In this document: positions 1 to 13,871 of the stretch, piece by piece
Numbering within the stretch: the stretch's first letter is position 1
Layout of the letters: each line of letters starts with the position of its first letter
Assembly (NCBI RefSeq): GCF_006345805.1
Contig: NC_043001.1
Coordinates: 76,260,001 to 76,324,000, forward strand
DNA from: Octopus sinensis
Taxonomy: Eukaryota
Direction of reading: 5' to 3'
DNA length: 64,000 bases
Translations under genes and position numbers: made by a program
Notes under the pieces: model-generated
The model's database searches: none
The model's input: the letters and a program-made list of their open reading frames with translations, nothing else
Told to the model about the DNA's origin: nothing

Positions 1-493
1 TTGAGAACTACACAACCAATTCCATTCAAATTTTACACATGCCTTACTTAGGGTCCATGTAGTTTCATGGGCAAAAAAATGTTCAACTTCTTGCCTAGAG
101 CGAGCCCATAGCAATATCATATCTTCTCCACGATTTCAGTATTACGTGTTAAAAGTGAAACAAAAACGTTTCTCTATTTTATGTCAGATACTTTCACTTT
201 AACAATAAAAATAATAATAACAATTGAATTATATGTAGTAAGTAATAATTAAAATCAAACTAAAGTATAATATAATCGTAACATAACAAAAAGTAAAAAT
301 AGCAATTGGCATAAAATTGCATCAATGATTTGAACTTGAATAAGTGGTTTCACATGAATGGAAATAAATTAAAAATAAAATTAGTGTGCAGAAATGGAAT
401 ATTCCAGATGGATAATAAAAAATTAAATTAAAGAAAAGACTATTGTCTATAAAATATACAATGTAGAGAAAAAAGATTTGAACACATGGAGGA

Positions 494-813
494 ATGCACC
501 TTCGAAAAGTGTCTTGGTGCGACTATGAAAGGTATCTAATCATAGGCGGTAAATTCGCCACAATAGAAGCAAGGTTCGAGTCAACGGAGCGTGCAAGGGA
601 GTACTCGACTCGAACTTGCAAAGCGGAAATATTTTATTTTTACCTTTATATCTGGGACGTAGGACGTCCCGGAAAAAAAAAATTTTAAATGACCCTTCCG
701 AAGTAGAGGTAGGCTGGATTGTAGCCACACTTCTATACAAGAGGGAGGACAAGATACAATTGATCAAAATTACAAGAGACGGACTAACAATTCCAGTCTG
801 TTATATATTTTGA
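494..813 (+). pseudogene. Frameshifted coding relic, possibly from a retroelement ORF1/gag-like gene
   Basis: ORFs 494-688 and 616-813 join across a frameshift into a protein-like stretch (..GGKFATIEARFESTERAREYST/RTLQSGNILFLPLYLGRRTSR..DPSEVEVGWIVATLL..). No splice context fits SCUBE. Confidence 0.3.
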
Positions 814-947
814 GTATTGTTATTACTAGCGATATCAAGATATAACTTTGTATATTTTGTATTTTATGTGTAGATGTATATATATATATAGATGTACATG
901 TAATATATACACATATATATACACATATATACATGCACTAGCACTAT

Positions 948-977
948 GACCCGGCAACGACGGGTCTTTAATGCTAG
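948..977 (+). mobile_element. Helitron-like 3' terminus
   Basis: GC hairpin gacccg-gcaacga-cgggtc, then CTAG 7 nt later, followed by T. Confidence 0.55.
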
Positions 978-1039
978 TATATATATATATATTATTATTA
1001 TTATTATTATTATTATAATCTTTCTCCTATAAGGACAAG

Positions 1040-1245
1040 GACTGAACTTTCGAGATAGGAGACTAGTCAATTATATCGACCCCAGTGTTTCACTGGTACT
1101 TATTTTATCGACCCCGAAATGATGAATGGCAAACTCAACCTCAATGGAATTTGAAGTCAGAACGTAACGACGGGCGAAATACCGTTAAGCATTTTGCCCA
1201 GGGTACTAACGATTCTGCCAGCTCGCCGCCTTAGCTATTATAGAC
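1040..1245 (-). mobile_element. tRNA-derived SINE (aaggcggcgagctggcaga family)
   Basis: Reverse complement matches the + strand copies at 13885, 16724, 18875 and 23693, with A-box and B-box-like motifs. Confidence 0.8.
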
Positions 1246-2210
1246 ACAAACCTAGTAATTTTATGAGAAGGGGGATTGTCAATTACATTGACCCCAGTGC
1301 TCAATAATGATGAATAATAACTATGCTTTGTCTTAAATTTTTTTTCACTTTCTTTCTTTAGGCCTATGTAGTCGTGGTTATTTTGCTGATGATGGACTTG
1401 AGCCATGCCAACCTTGTCCAATTGGAACATATCAAACAGATATTGGGCGCACCAAATGTATCCCATGTGGTCGTTCTATAAAAACAAGAGGTGTCGCTTC
1501 CACCAGTTTTCAAGACTGCATCGTCAAAAGTAAGACGGTCTCTTGTTTGTGTTTTATGTTTTTTGTTGTTGTTGTTGTTTTATGTCTGTTTGTTTTGTAT
1601 TACTGCTAATGTCTGAGTTTTAATGTTAGCCATTTTTACATCCGTTTGCTTGTTTGTGACCAGCAGTATTCCTGTTATTGTTATTGTTACTGTTATGGAT
1701 CCTCTTATTTGGGGACGGGTTGGCCCTGATTCAGCAGATAAAAGGATAAAGCTCCTTCTGGAGTCAAATAAGCTTATAGGGTTAGTTTCCCAGATTCTCT
1801 GGTGTATATACTCCTCACTGGACAGGAAGCTGTTCCGTCGCAAGATTACCGGCTGAGTGGACTGGAGCAATGTGAAATGAAGAACAAAACGCATCCCCTG
1901 GTTGAGGAATCAAAACCACAATCTTACAAGCATGAGACGCACCTCCACACTCTGACTCAGCAGACCTAAAATCAAAAGTGTTCCAGTTGTGACCATCACA
2001 TTTGTCTCTCTTTCAAAAAGTATATGGAAGTAAACATTGTGATGTGTTTTTCCCTTTTAAAGGTGGATTTTGTAAGAGACTTGTTTCCCATTCCTTTAAT
2101 TTGTATTGTTGTTGGTGGTGTTGTTGATGTTGCTGTCAACTGTTGTTGTTATTGCTGGTGCTGTTGTTGTTGTTGTTGTTGCTGCTGCTGCTGCTGCTGT
2201 TGCTCTGTGT

Positions 2211-2530
2211 GAAGGTGCGCGGCTTAGTGGTTAGGGGTATTTGGCTCACGATAATAAGGCCGTGAGTTCCATTCCCAGCGGTACATTGTGTCCATGAGAA
2301 AGATGCTTTACTTCATGTTGCTCCAGTTCACTCAACTGGCAAAAATGAGCAGTGCCTATATTTCAAACAGACCAGCCTTGTCACATTTTGTGTCTCGCTG
2401 AATCTCCCCAAGAACTACGTCAAAGGTGCGCGTGTCTGAGGAGTTCTCAGCCACTTGCACGTCGATTTCACGCGGAGGCTCTTCAGTTGATTGTACAAAC
2501 TGAAACCCACGTCGTCGTAACCGACGGAGT
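2211..2530 (+). mobile_element. tRNA-derived SINE of a second family (CORE-like body)
   Basis: tRNA-like head ggcttagtggttagg..gagttc..ccc, then gtgtcc(a/t)tgag(c)aaga..gttgctccagttcactca; related copies at 17290, 26480, 35590, 38100, 48180 and 54200. Confidence 0.75.
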
Positions 2531-2567
2531 GCCAGTTGTTGTTCTTGTCATTGATGATGATGATGAC

Positions 2568-2603
<36 letters not shown>

Positions 2604-3867
2604 AATGGTGATGTTATTGTTGTTTCATGAAATCAAAGATTTGTCTGAAATACCTGTGTCAGACGATCTTAAGATTTTGAAGTGTCTTCAATGAAAGACT
2701 GACGTGAATGCTGGTTTCTACTTCAAACTTTCAACCAAGTCCAATGCAGTATTTTCTGTATTCCCTTGTCTTCATCATCATCATTATCATGGTTTAACGT
2801 CCACTTTTCCATGCCTGCATGAGTCAGACGGAATTTGTTGAAGCAGACTTTCTCCACGGTCGAATACACTTCCTGTTTCCAAGCAAAGTAAATGTTTCCT
2901 CATGGACTGATATGTTCACCATAGAAGACTGGAAATGATGTTAATTTACAACTACCACGTGATGTCAAGATATCATGCATACCTACATACACACGTGTGC
3001 GCTCGCGCTCGCGCACATAAATATATTTCCTTCAGTTTCCGTCTACCAAATCCACTCACAAAGTGGCCTGGGGCTATTGTAGAAAACATTTGCCCAAGGT
3101 GATGTGCAGTGGGACTGAAACCAACACCAAATTGTTAGAAAGCAAGCTTCTGAATCACACATCCACAGCTGCACCTATTTAAATTACGCCTGTCGTCTAT
3201 TTTATTTAGTGAAGTTCATACAAACAGGGTGTCGTATTTTTTTCAGTTTGGTACCACTCGAATTTAAGAACATTGCAACTTAGAACTATTATTGTTTATT
3301 GTTGTTATAGTTTAGCCCCAGGCCAACCTTGATCCAGCAGGCCTACTGCTGTTTCTACATCATTTAGTGAAAGAACATTATCCGAACTAGCCACTTCTAA
3401 AAATGGTAGCATGTTACTTGAGAGAGAACTGGTTGCAATTTCCATTATGTAGAATCCTCCACCACACCCTTGTTTGTTCTAGTTTATTACTTGTTATTAG
3501 AATTTGTTGTTGTTGTTGTTGTTGTTGTTGTCTTCATCACATTGGTTTTTTTTGTTATTGTAGTTTATTGTAACTGAAACAGTTTTTATATCGTTGTTAT
3601 TAATATCATTGTCAGCATTAATTTGATTTGTGTTTTTCCCGGTTGTCATCAGAACTGTCAATGTTTGCTTCTCTGGTGTCTAACTCCTTAAACCTAATAC
3701 AGATGAAATCAGAGATCCATTTCACAAAACCAGATCTATAATTCCACAATCAAATACTATACCCTAATATTTTCCAGACGATCATTGCTTTCTTCTTAAA
3801 TTCTAAATTCTAGGTTTTGTCAACGTAACGCTGGCTGGCGTAATATTTTATTACAGCATAATATTGA

Positions 3868-3940
<73 letters not shown>

Positions 3941-4730
3941 TAAAATGTAAGATCCCCATGAATATGTTATACCATAAGCCATATTCGAAAAGCCACAGCC
4001 ACATTTACTATAAACCAACGATCCCCTCCCTTTATTTGCACTACAAACCGGTTTCATGCAAGAGAATTTTTCCACGGACCGGAGAATCATGCGAATAGCA
4101 AAACACAGGAAAGTGCATTTATATTATAATGGAGAAAACTGCTTATTAATTAGGTATATAACAATTACTAAAAGTACTAAAAGAAAGCAATTATTAAAGG
4201 GTTCTAAGAAATTTCCTATAATTTCGATCTCTCAAGTTTTATTGAATTTTTTTAAGTCCAATTTCTCGCAAATTTAAAATGTTCGTTGCATTCACTCTGT
4301 CTGATTCTTCACAAATTTAAATACTCATTACATTTACTGTGGAGCATTCCATTTTCATTTGCAAAGTCTCTCACTTTCTCTTTTAAGTTTTCATTCTCTA
4401 TTTGGAAAACCGACAGTTTATTCTATCAATGTATACGTAATGTAAAAACATCATTTATTGAATGAAAATTTTAAAATACCCGTATAATTTTTGAACGTGA
4501 GATAGCTGTGAGAAGAGCTTAGAAAGTTGGGTAATTACTATTAGAAGACGAGGAGAAAAGGAAAAGTTACCGACAAGTACTCGAAACTTGTACCTTATTC
4601 ACAGTTTCCAAACACTCTGTACCACTAAGCCAATATATACACAAACAAGTTGCACGAGCGACTTCAACAGCGACACACTCGCGCACACACATAGTTACAC
4701 ATACACACAACTGACAGGCAATGTGTGTGT

Positions 4731-4819
<89 letters not shown>

Positions 4820-4939
4820 GTTCACTGACAAAACTTCGTGCTACATCACTTTTGTGAAGTTTTGTCAGTGAATAGGTTACGGTTTCAAGGAGACAAAAAT
4901 ATTTTGATACAGATGAATTCTTAATGCTGAAGTGAAACT

Positions 4940-5120
4940 GGCACTACTTAAATACAGAGGTACTACATAAATACCGGTGTTACGTACAAAACACTTTAAA
5001 TATACGCTGTGTGGACGTGTAATGACACCTTAACCTTAACCTTAAAAACAACCCTAAAACTAACCCTCCCCTTCATATCGTTGTGTTGATGCATCGGGAC
5101 CTCTGTACTTAAGTAGTGCC
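4940..5120. mobile_element. Merlin-type MITE
   Basis: TIRs ggcactacttaaatacagagg / cctctgtacttaagtagtgcc; 8-bp TSD gtgaaact/gtaaaact (one mismatch). GG-starting TIRs with an 8-bp TSD fit Merlin. Confidence 0.65.
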
Positions 5121-6095
5121 GTAAAACTAAAGGCTTTTGTGTGTTCTTGAATGGCTTACAAACATCTACGTTGCAATTGTTTTTGTTTCAGCACACGATC
5201 TCAGATCGAGTCACTTACTATGCAAGTACATGTCCGTATATTTTTTAAACCGTTGTGGATGAATGCCAGCAATGACCTTCCCAGGCTTTCCAATATTTTA
5301 ATTTCTAAACAGAAACAATCGGGGGCAGAGAGCGAAGCTACAATAAATTCATAATTTCTCAAATTTTCTTTTTTATAGCATATAAATGTATTTATGGGTT
5401 GAAAATATTGAAAACCATCAATACATGCGAGAATGATAAAGAAACGAGGAGGGTTGTCTTTGGGTTGCTAGAAACAACAGCCAAATCGCCCTTAAATCAC
5501 TCACTTTTCCCTCTGAAAATATTAATATTTTTTACCGAAAATGCTCTTCCCATGATTTTGAAGTGCAAAAAAATTGGCCAAAATAGGTTCGGGGTGTAAT
5601 GATGAGGGAGGGAGTGTAAAAAGAAAAAAAGTCTTCAAAACTTTTTTCATACAAAGATGCCCCCCCCCCCACAACCCCATCATTTCAAACGCTGTGGTTT
5701 TTAGAAAATAGGGAAAATCCCCGAAAAAATTTTCCCCACAAATTTCTTTATAATTGCAATCTATACCATTTGAAAGGGATTTGTATATTTCATTAAAAGA
5801 TACCCATATGAGGGAAAAAAGTGAGACCATGTGAATTTTCCAAAACTCCTCTCTCCACCGCCTCAGAAAGATTTTCCTATAAATCCCTATATGTTCTGAA
5901 GCCACAACATCTAAGCGGTATTTGTAGAAAAGTTTGTTAAAATGCATCCATTTTTCTAGATGTTGTGAGGCAACAAAATCGGGGGCGTATACATCTGCAG
6001 TAATGCCCTTTTATTTATACGATTTTTTAATTTCTTGTTTATTTCATTCATTGTTTGCAATATTCTTTCTCCCTCTCTTTCTCTCTCTCTCTCTA

Positions 6096-6129
<34 letters not shown>

Positions 6130-6394
6130 TGCAAACCTTACAGATGGGCTGCTGAATTGAAATCTCTCTGTTGCTTTGAGGGAAAGGTAAAACTTGACAA
6201 ACTGCTTCTTCCTCTGTTGTTAGACTACCGTGATGTTTGTTTAAAATGAGAGATTATGACTATGATAAAATAATGAAAGCAATATTTACTAAGCAAGTGA
6301 GCGCTATTATGCAAAGAAATAATTAGACGTAAAATATAAAAATTATTTGAATTGGGAATCAAATGTGAAAATATTATCTACGAGGTATCAGAAA

Positions 6395-6422
6395 ACCGTC
6401 CGGAGGGCGGTCTTTCTGCTAG
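6395..6422 (+). mobile_element. Helitron-like 3' terminus
   Basis: Hairpin accgtcc-gga-gggcggt followed by CTAG-T. Confidence 0.55.
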
Positions 6423-6859
6423 TAATATATAATTTAATTATTACATATACATATATATATATAACTCAACTTGTGTGTCTGTGCGTGTATCTGTGTGTGT
6501 GTCTGTGTGTTTAACTTCCCGGCACATCTCCTCCTAGACAACAAATCGTAGAACCACCAAAAATGGGTCACTTAAAGTTTAGGCGAATGAAAATTTTACT
6601 GCGCTATTTCTGTTCCGAAATTCATCTCGCAAGTGCAAAAATCGATAATGTGTTTGTTTAGGCCTTATCCCATGCATTGGATAGTGAACTTTACTCAGTC
6701 AGCTGTTTGACGTGAACTGTGTTCACCACGCGTGCAAGCATGCGTAAATTGCATGAAAAATAAAAAATCAAGATATAAAAACGAATCGCCGTAAACATTG
6801 TAGAATTTTAGCAAAGAAATGAATTTTCGGGATGTAGCCTGGAGGGTTTTTTCGTATTA

Positions 6860-8005
<1,146 letters not shown>

Positions 8006-8496
8006 ATATATAATATATGTATATATATATAATGCTGAAACACCCTTTAGACTGCAATAGTCATGAAATTTTAAAATTTATATTTTCTGTCGGCCCGTAG
8101 CAAATAATCTGGAAAATATTTCCCCAAGATAGGTATCAACTGTTAAGTTAGCCCCATAGTAATACAGTAAAAAAAAAAAGGATCATAGGAGACTATTTAT
8201 TTGTCAAATTAGGTCACGATGAACGACGATGATAGTTTAGGAGTCGCTGCATTTGAGAACCACTATATTTACGGTCGCCAAACCTGAGCACATTATTTGA
8301 AATAATATCTTAGTAGTAAACAATATTATTCCCCGTACGATTGTTAATGAAAGTCTCATTCTCTTAAGAAATTGCTTTCATTCGTTAAATACCTGACGAA
8401 AGCTTTACACGAGTTATGGAATCTATGAAAGTATTTCAATTAAGTCATAATTTATTAATCTTATTAACCTATAACTACTGTTCTTTCTTTCTCCAG

Positions 8497-8658
8497 CGAT
8501 CTGTGGACCTGGTCATTTCTATGATGTGGAAAGTGAAAGCTGTAAAGACTGTCCAATTGGCTTTTACCAATCAGAAAGCAGCCAAAATTTCTGCATTCCT
8601 TGTCCCGGAGACACAACCACAGATGGAGGAAACAGTAAGAACAGTTCCGACTGCAAAA
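8497..8658 (+). CDS. SCUBE: SCUBE-family exon encoding a Cys-rich (GCC2/GCC3, ephrin-receptor-like) repeat; upstream exons not found in this window
   Basis: Acceptor ttctttctttctccag and donor gtaagt, phase 1-1. Translates ICGPGHFYDVESESCKDCPIGFYQSESSQNFCIPCPGDTTTDGGNSKNSSDCK, matching the last SCUBE Cys-rich repeat before the CUB domain. Confidence 0.93.
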
Positions 8659-9020
8659 GTAAGTTACTATTTTGGGCGGATTTTCTGAACTTTTCTTAAA
8701 TTTTTTTCTCGCCATTCTGGTTCAAAAGACAAACCCATGGCATCTTAAAAATTACCGGAGATGTCTGGGGTTTTTTCTTCTTTTTTTACTATTCTCAATT
8801 ATTCCTTCGTTAAAAATCCTAAACAAAAATTACATTTCTGCTATTACTAGTTGTTTCAAATCTTGGTACAAGGCGAGAAGTTTGGGTAGGGGTGGTAATC
8901 GATTACATCGACCCCAGTACTTGACGAGTACTGTAATTTGTCGATTGATAAGTGAACTGACATCTTATATGTTGAATTAGAACCCAACGTGTGATCAAGA
9001 AAGTTACACACGCACACACA

Positions 9021-9058
<38 letters not shown>

Positions 9059-9109
9059 TCATGTTGTAGTTGAAGGCAGTCATATTAATTTTTTTCTCTT
9101 TTGTCCTAG

Positions 9110-9307
9110 ATCGGAAATGTGGAGGTTACATCGGACTTTTACGGGGTAGATTAGAAAGCCCAAATTATCCCGGGGATTACCCTAACAATGTCAACTGCAC
9201 CTGGTTTATCAAACCAGGAAAAGGTCGACGCATTCTCATCATCATTCCAGAAATATTTCTACGAGCAGAAGACAAATGTGGAGATCAATTGGTTATGAGA
9301 AAATCAA
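9110..9307 (+). CDS. SCUBE: SCUBE exon, N-terminal part of the CUB domain
   Basis: Acceptor ttttgtcctag and donor gtaaga, phase 1-1. Translates (N)RKCGGYIGLLRGRLESPNYPGDYPNNVNCTWFIKPGKGRRILIIIPEIFLRAEDKCGDQLVMRKS, close to vertebrate SCUBE ESPNYPG.YP..RRILIVVPEIFL..ED.CGD.LVMRK. Confidence 0.96.
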
Positions 9308-9571
9308 GTAAGAATTTTACTTTCCTACAGAATTGTTAATGTTTGCTTCCCTTTACTTCTTGTATTCTTAATCCCAACACAGTCTCAGTCTAGCTGCAAG
9401 AATGTCGGGTCAAAACTATTACATTTTCGTTTTGAACAGTGAACTGTAATCTATGAGTTTAATTATTTTATTTCGTTCAATGTTAATATCTCAGCTAATG
9501 AGCTGACCTAATTACTTAATCTACATATTTCACTTCATATTTGTATCTATGTACATATATATATATATATA

Positions 9572-9610
<39 letters not shown>

Positions 9611-9740
9611 GTATGTGTGTGTGTATGTGTGTGTGCATGTATTTGAAAATGTATGTGTGTGTTTCTAATACTAAACATATGTATGTATGTATGTACATAT
9701 GTCTACATGATATAAATATGTATATGCATATATGTGTGTG

Positions 9741-9772
<32 letters not shown>

Positions 9773-9787
9773 CATATATATATACAT

Positions 9788-9828
<41 letters not shown>

Positions 9829-9835
9829 ATATAAG

Positions 9836-9914
<79 letters not shown>

Positions 9915-11374
9915 AGATAGGGAAAGAGAATGAGACCCTTCGGTCACAAATGACCACGAGATTGCACCTGGAAAGTTCTCCACCTAGGGACAAGTTCAGG
10001 TAAGGTTGATTATGGAAGGCCAGCTGTCGCCCATGAATACCAGCCTCTCCTCTCCACACCATCGATGTTGTCCAAAAGAAAAGCAAGGCCTGATACAGCT
10101 TCATTTAGATAGCGATGGTTGTAAGTTCTTTTTCAAAGTAAACAGATGAGCAGTATTTTTCTTCTGAAGAGTGACCAATAAACCATGAAACGTATAAGGG
10201 TAAATCTTCAAAATATATTTACATTTTTTGAAGTTGTACAATGGAGACTTTAGATTGCAATTTAGTTAAATTTATTTTAGTTTTTCTAACACATACTGTA
10301 TTATACACAAAATAATCATATATGAATATATGTTTTCCGAGTGAAGGCGCATGGCTAAGATGTTGCGTTCTTGATTGCCAGATCTTGGCTTCGATTTCTG
10401 GCCTGGGTTGTGCATTGTGTTCTGGTGCAAAGCACTTCATTTTACCTTGCTCTAGTCCACTCAGCTGTAAATAAGTAACCCTGAGATGGACCGATATTCT
10501 GTTCGGGGGAAATGATGTTACCTTGGTCACTTATACGCCATGGAAGCCGGGTAACCGGCCCTATGAATGCTAGAACCAGTAACAGTAGCGTACAGGAGTT
10601 ACCTTCACCCTTTATCTATATTTCTGGATTACTAAGACAGAGAGTGAAAGAGAAGAACGGAAAGAGAGAGAGAGAGAGAGAGAAAGTTTGTTAATGTCTA
10701 TCAACATCGTCATCATTCATCATTCTCATTTAACATCTGTTTTTTAAGTTGGCACGGGTTAGAAGGTTTGACAGGATCCGGCAAGGCGCAGGGTTACGCC
10801 AAACCCCAATGTCGAGCTTCAGTATGTTTTCTTGTACCACCCGCAATAGTGAGGTCGCCAAGCAACTTGCAAGACAAGAAAAGAACATTGAAAAGGGGAA
10901 AATCTCCCTCGAATAACGGGGGATTTGTTTTATGCCGCGTGTTGAGAGACTAATTAACAAAATAATTAATGAAATTAAAGTCTTTGCGTAGATATTGTAT
11001 GTTTCATGTTTGAAGGCACACATTACACAATTAAATCATGTCTACAAAGGAGTTTCTACTGCACAGCTATGATAGAAATAGCAGCCAAGTCTCCCTTAAA
11101 TCATTATCCTACTACCTTATAAAATGAGGGATAGATTGGATAAAGTAGCCTGAAATGCACCATCTGAAAAAAGACAAGACGTTCGCAGATGGAACTCTTT
11201 TTATCAGAGGCCTACTTTATTACGGCCGACACTTGGCTACATGACAACAGGAACAAATAAGTTGGTTAATATTTCAGTGCTCGACTCGACGGATTTGTTC
11301 GAATTGAACTTTAAGAACAGAATAAACGGCACACAATTGTATTTGCTTTCATCTTGTATTGAACAAATATACGT

Positions 11375-12175
11375 ATTTTAAATATCTCTGTGAAAAATCT
11401 GTTTATCTAAAATACTTATGAGAAAATTCTATTTATTTCAAAAAAAAATCTATTTATTTAAAATATTTATTGAGAAAAATTCATTTAAAGTAACAATTAG
11501 AAAAATCTATCTATTAATAGAAATATCTGAGAAAAAACTATTTATTTAAAATGTCTCTGAGAAAAATTCTATTTAAAATATTTACGAGAATAATCCATAC
11601 ATTTGAAATAACTTATTTATTTCAAATAAAACAAACTTATTTATTCAACATCTCTCAAAGATAAAAATCTATTTATTTATAATATTTATGAAAGAAATCT
11701 ATTCTTTTAAAATATCTTTGAGAAAAAAAAATCTATTTATTTCAAATATATCAGAGAAAAATTTATTCAAGATATCTCTGGGAAAATCTATTTATTTATA
11801 ACGTTTCTAAGAAAATATCTATTTATTTATAATATTTATGAGAAAAATCTATGTATTTAAAAATATCCCTGAGAAAAAAATCGATTTATTTAAAATATAT
11901 CTGAGAATTTATTCATTTAAAATATTTATGAGAAAAATCTATTTATTTACAATATCTATGATAGAAAAAGTTATCAATAGAGAATATCTCTCAGAAAAAA
12001 ATGTATTTGTTTAAAAAGGAGATCTAGTTATTTAATATATTTCTGCGAGAAATTTATATATATTTGTGCGAAAAATTTATTCATTTACAATTTCTCTCAA
12101 AGCAAAACTCTATTTATTTAAAATATCTATGAAAAAAACTATTTATTCAAAATATTGAATGAAAAAAAATCTATT
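11375..12175. repeat. AT-rich minisatellite with ~28-32-bp units (gagaaaaatctatttatttaaaatatctct)
   Basis: More than 20 degenerate tandem units ending just before the SCUBE acceptor at 12196. Confidence 0.85.
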
Positions 12176-12196
12176 TCTGTTATATATTTAATTCAG

Positions 12197-12349
12197 AATC
12201 GGCATTTTCTCTACAAACTCACGTGACATGTGTTAGCACAGAAAGACCTCAAGCATACGTTGCCCGGTCCAGAAATTTATGGATTACTTTCAAAACAGAT
12301 CAGAAAAATACAGGCGCAGGTTTTTCTATACCATATGTAACTTACAATG
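12197..12349 (+). CDS. SCUBE: SCUBE exon, C-terminal part of the CUB domain (absent from the ORF track)
   Basis: attcag acceptor and gtaagt donor, 153 bp, phase 1-1. Translates (K)SAFSLQTHVTCVSTERPQAYVARSRNLWITFKTDQKNTGAGFSIPYVTYN, matching SCUBE TCQTYERPIAFT.RS.KLWIQFKS...GF.VPYVTYD. Confidence 0.93.
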
Positions 12350-13139
12350 GTAAGTAAAATCAACTTTCTGCACTTCTAATCAGTATTTTTGCTTTCGTTT
12401 GGATTTTTATTATTATTTTTTTTAGATGGCTACGAGGTTAAGAAGCCTGCTTTGAAACCACGTGGTTTCGGGTTCAGTCCCACTGCGGGACAACTTGAGC
12501 TGATGTCTTCTATGACAGTCCCGGGCCGACCAATACTTAATGAGTGAATCTGATTGACGGAAATTGTGTGGATGCCCGTCGTGTGTGTATGTGTGTGTCT
12601 GTGTGTGTCTGTGTGTGTTTGTGTGTTTGTGTCTGTGTTTGTCTCCCGCACCGCTTGAAGATTGGCGATGGTTTGCTTACGACCCATAACTTAGCAATTC
12701 AGCAAAATAACCGACAGAATATCAGACTTAGAAAGAAAAATAGGCATTGGTTCGATTTGTTCAACTAAAAACCTTGAAGGCGGTGCTCCAGCATGGAAGT
12801 AACCCAATGATTTAAACAGTGGAATGAAAATGAAAAAAGAATTCATCATGAGAAATTTAGACATAAAGACACCTCCCATTTAATTTTTATCATTTTTTTC
12901 TAATGTTTGTTTGTTTGTTTTTCACTAAGAGAAAGAACGGTAGCTGTTATGATCCTTTACAAGTCCCATAAGGCTTGAAGGGAGTTTCCGTCACACCAAT
13001 GACCTGATGTTTGCACCAGAGTGAAAACTACTTTGCTAAATATTCTCAACGACTAGGTGGTGGTGTTAAACAGAGTGAAGGATTAAATCTATCAGTTCTT
13101 TATATATATGTGTGTAGAAATATATTTAACACATAGACG

Positions 13140-13800
13140 TAAAAAAGACCTTCATTGTGAAAATTGCTTCGGGAGAAAATTTTCCTTTGACGTCATCGGA
13201 CTGCAGGACACGTGTGTTTCTGCTTCGTTATGCATCATCAGTTCCGACAACGAATCCACCGTTCATAATCTACTAAGAAACAACCGTTCTTATATTTAAA
13301 CAGCAAATACCACATTTATCGTTGAGCACAAATCCTGGTCAAACTGGGACGAAGCGGCATTGATTAGAATCTATATGTGTGCAAATCGTATTTAACAAGT
13401 TCGTGGAAAAACCTTTGCTTCGGAAATTTGTCTTGGGAGAAACTTTCTCCGTATAGTTGATGTGTGTGAAAAAAACATCACTGGTCTGTGAATAAGGTCT
13501 TTGAACCGCAGGATGCATATATTTCTACGTTGTTACTCGTCATCAGCTCCGAATGACGAATCCATTGTTCATAACTAAGAAACAGGCGCTCTTTATTTAG
13601 CCATAAAATACTACATTTTCTGTTTTGTGTGCAAATCTTGATCACGCCTGAATAAATTAGCCAGAAGCGCACAAAGCGTCACTGGTTGAAATATACTCGT
13701 GTACAATTATATCTAGCATGCTAGTAGAAAAACCTTTGCTGCAGAAATTGTCTTGGGAGGAAATTTCTCAAAGCAACACATCACTGATCTCTGAATGACG
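13140..13800 (-). repeat. Decayed ~305-320-bp tandem repeat (about 2.2 units) with hammerhead-like cores
   Basis: Block gaaaaacctttgct..gtcttgggagaaa at ~13141, 13406 and 13727; block tcatcag.tccga..cgaatcca..gttcataa..taagaaac at 13235 and 13540. Confidence 0.7.
13201..13247 (-). ncRNA. Degenerate type I hammerhead ribozyme motif; second copy at 13507-13551
   Basis: Minus strand reads ggaa-CUGAUGA-UGC ataacgaa GCA-GAAA-CAC AC GUG-UC-ctgcag. Core, helix II and helix III are intact with a GUC site; helix I is eroded. Confidence 0.5.
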
Positions 13801-13871
13801 TAATTGGAGAATGTTTGTGATAATAACACGTTGCACTGCTTTATGTTTTACGTTCATAGAAATAACTTTCT

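Noticed and set aside
4821-4872. Short hairpins at 4821-4872 and 15138-15172 as possible miRNA precursors
   Set aside because: The stems are only ~16-18 bp and lie beside or inside repeats; nothing in the sequence supports miRNA processing.
5025-5070. Interstitial telomere
   Set aside because: Only a few degenerate units are present, and they sit inside a TIR-bounded MITE.
8385-8440. CTGACGA..GAAA just upstream of the first SCUBE exon
   Set aside because: GAAA is followed directly by the strand pairing with the bases before CUGA; there is no helix III or NUH site, so the topology is not a hammerhead.
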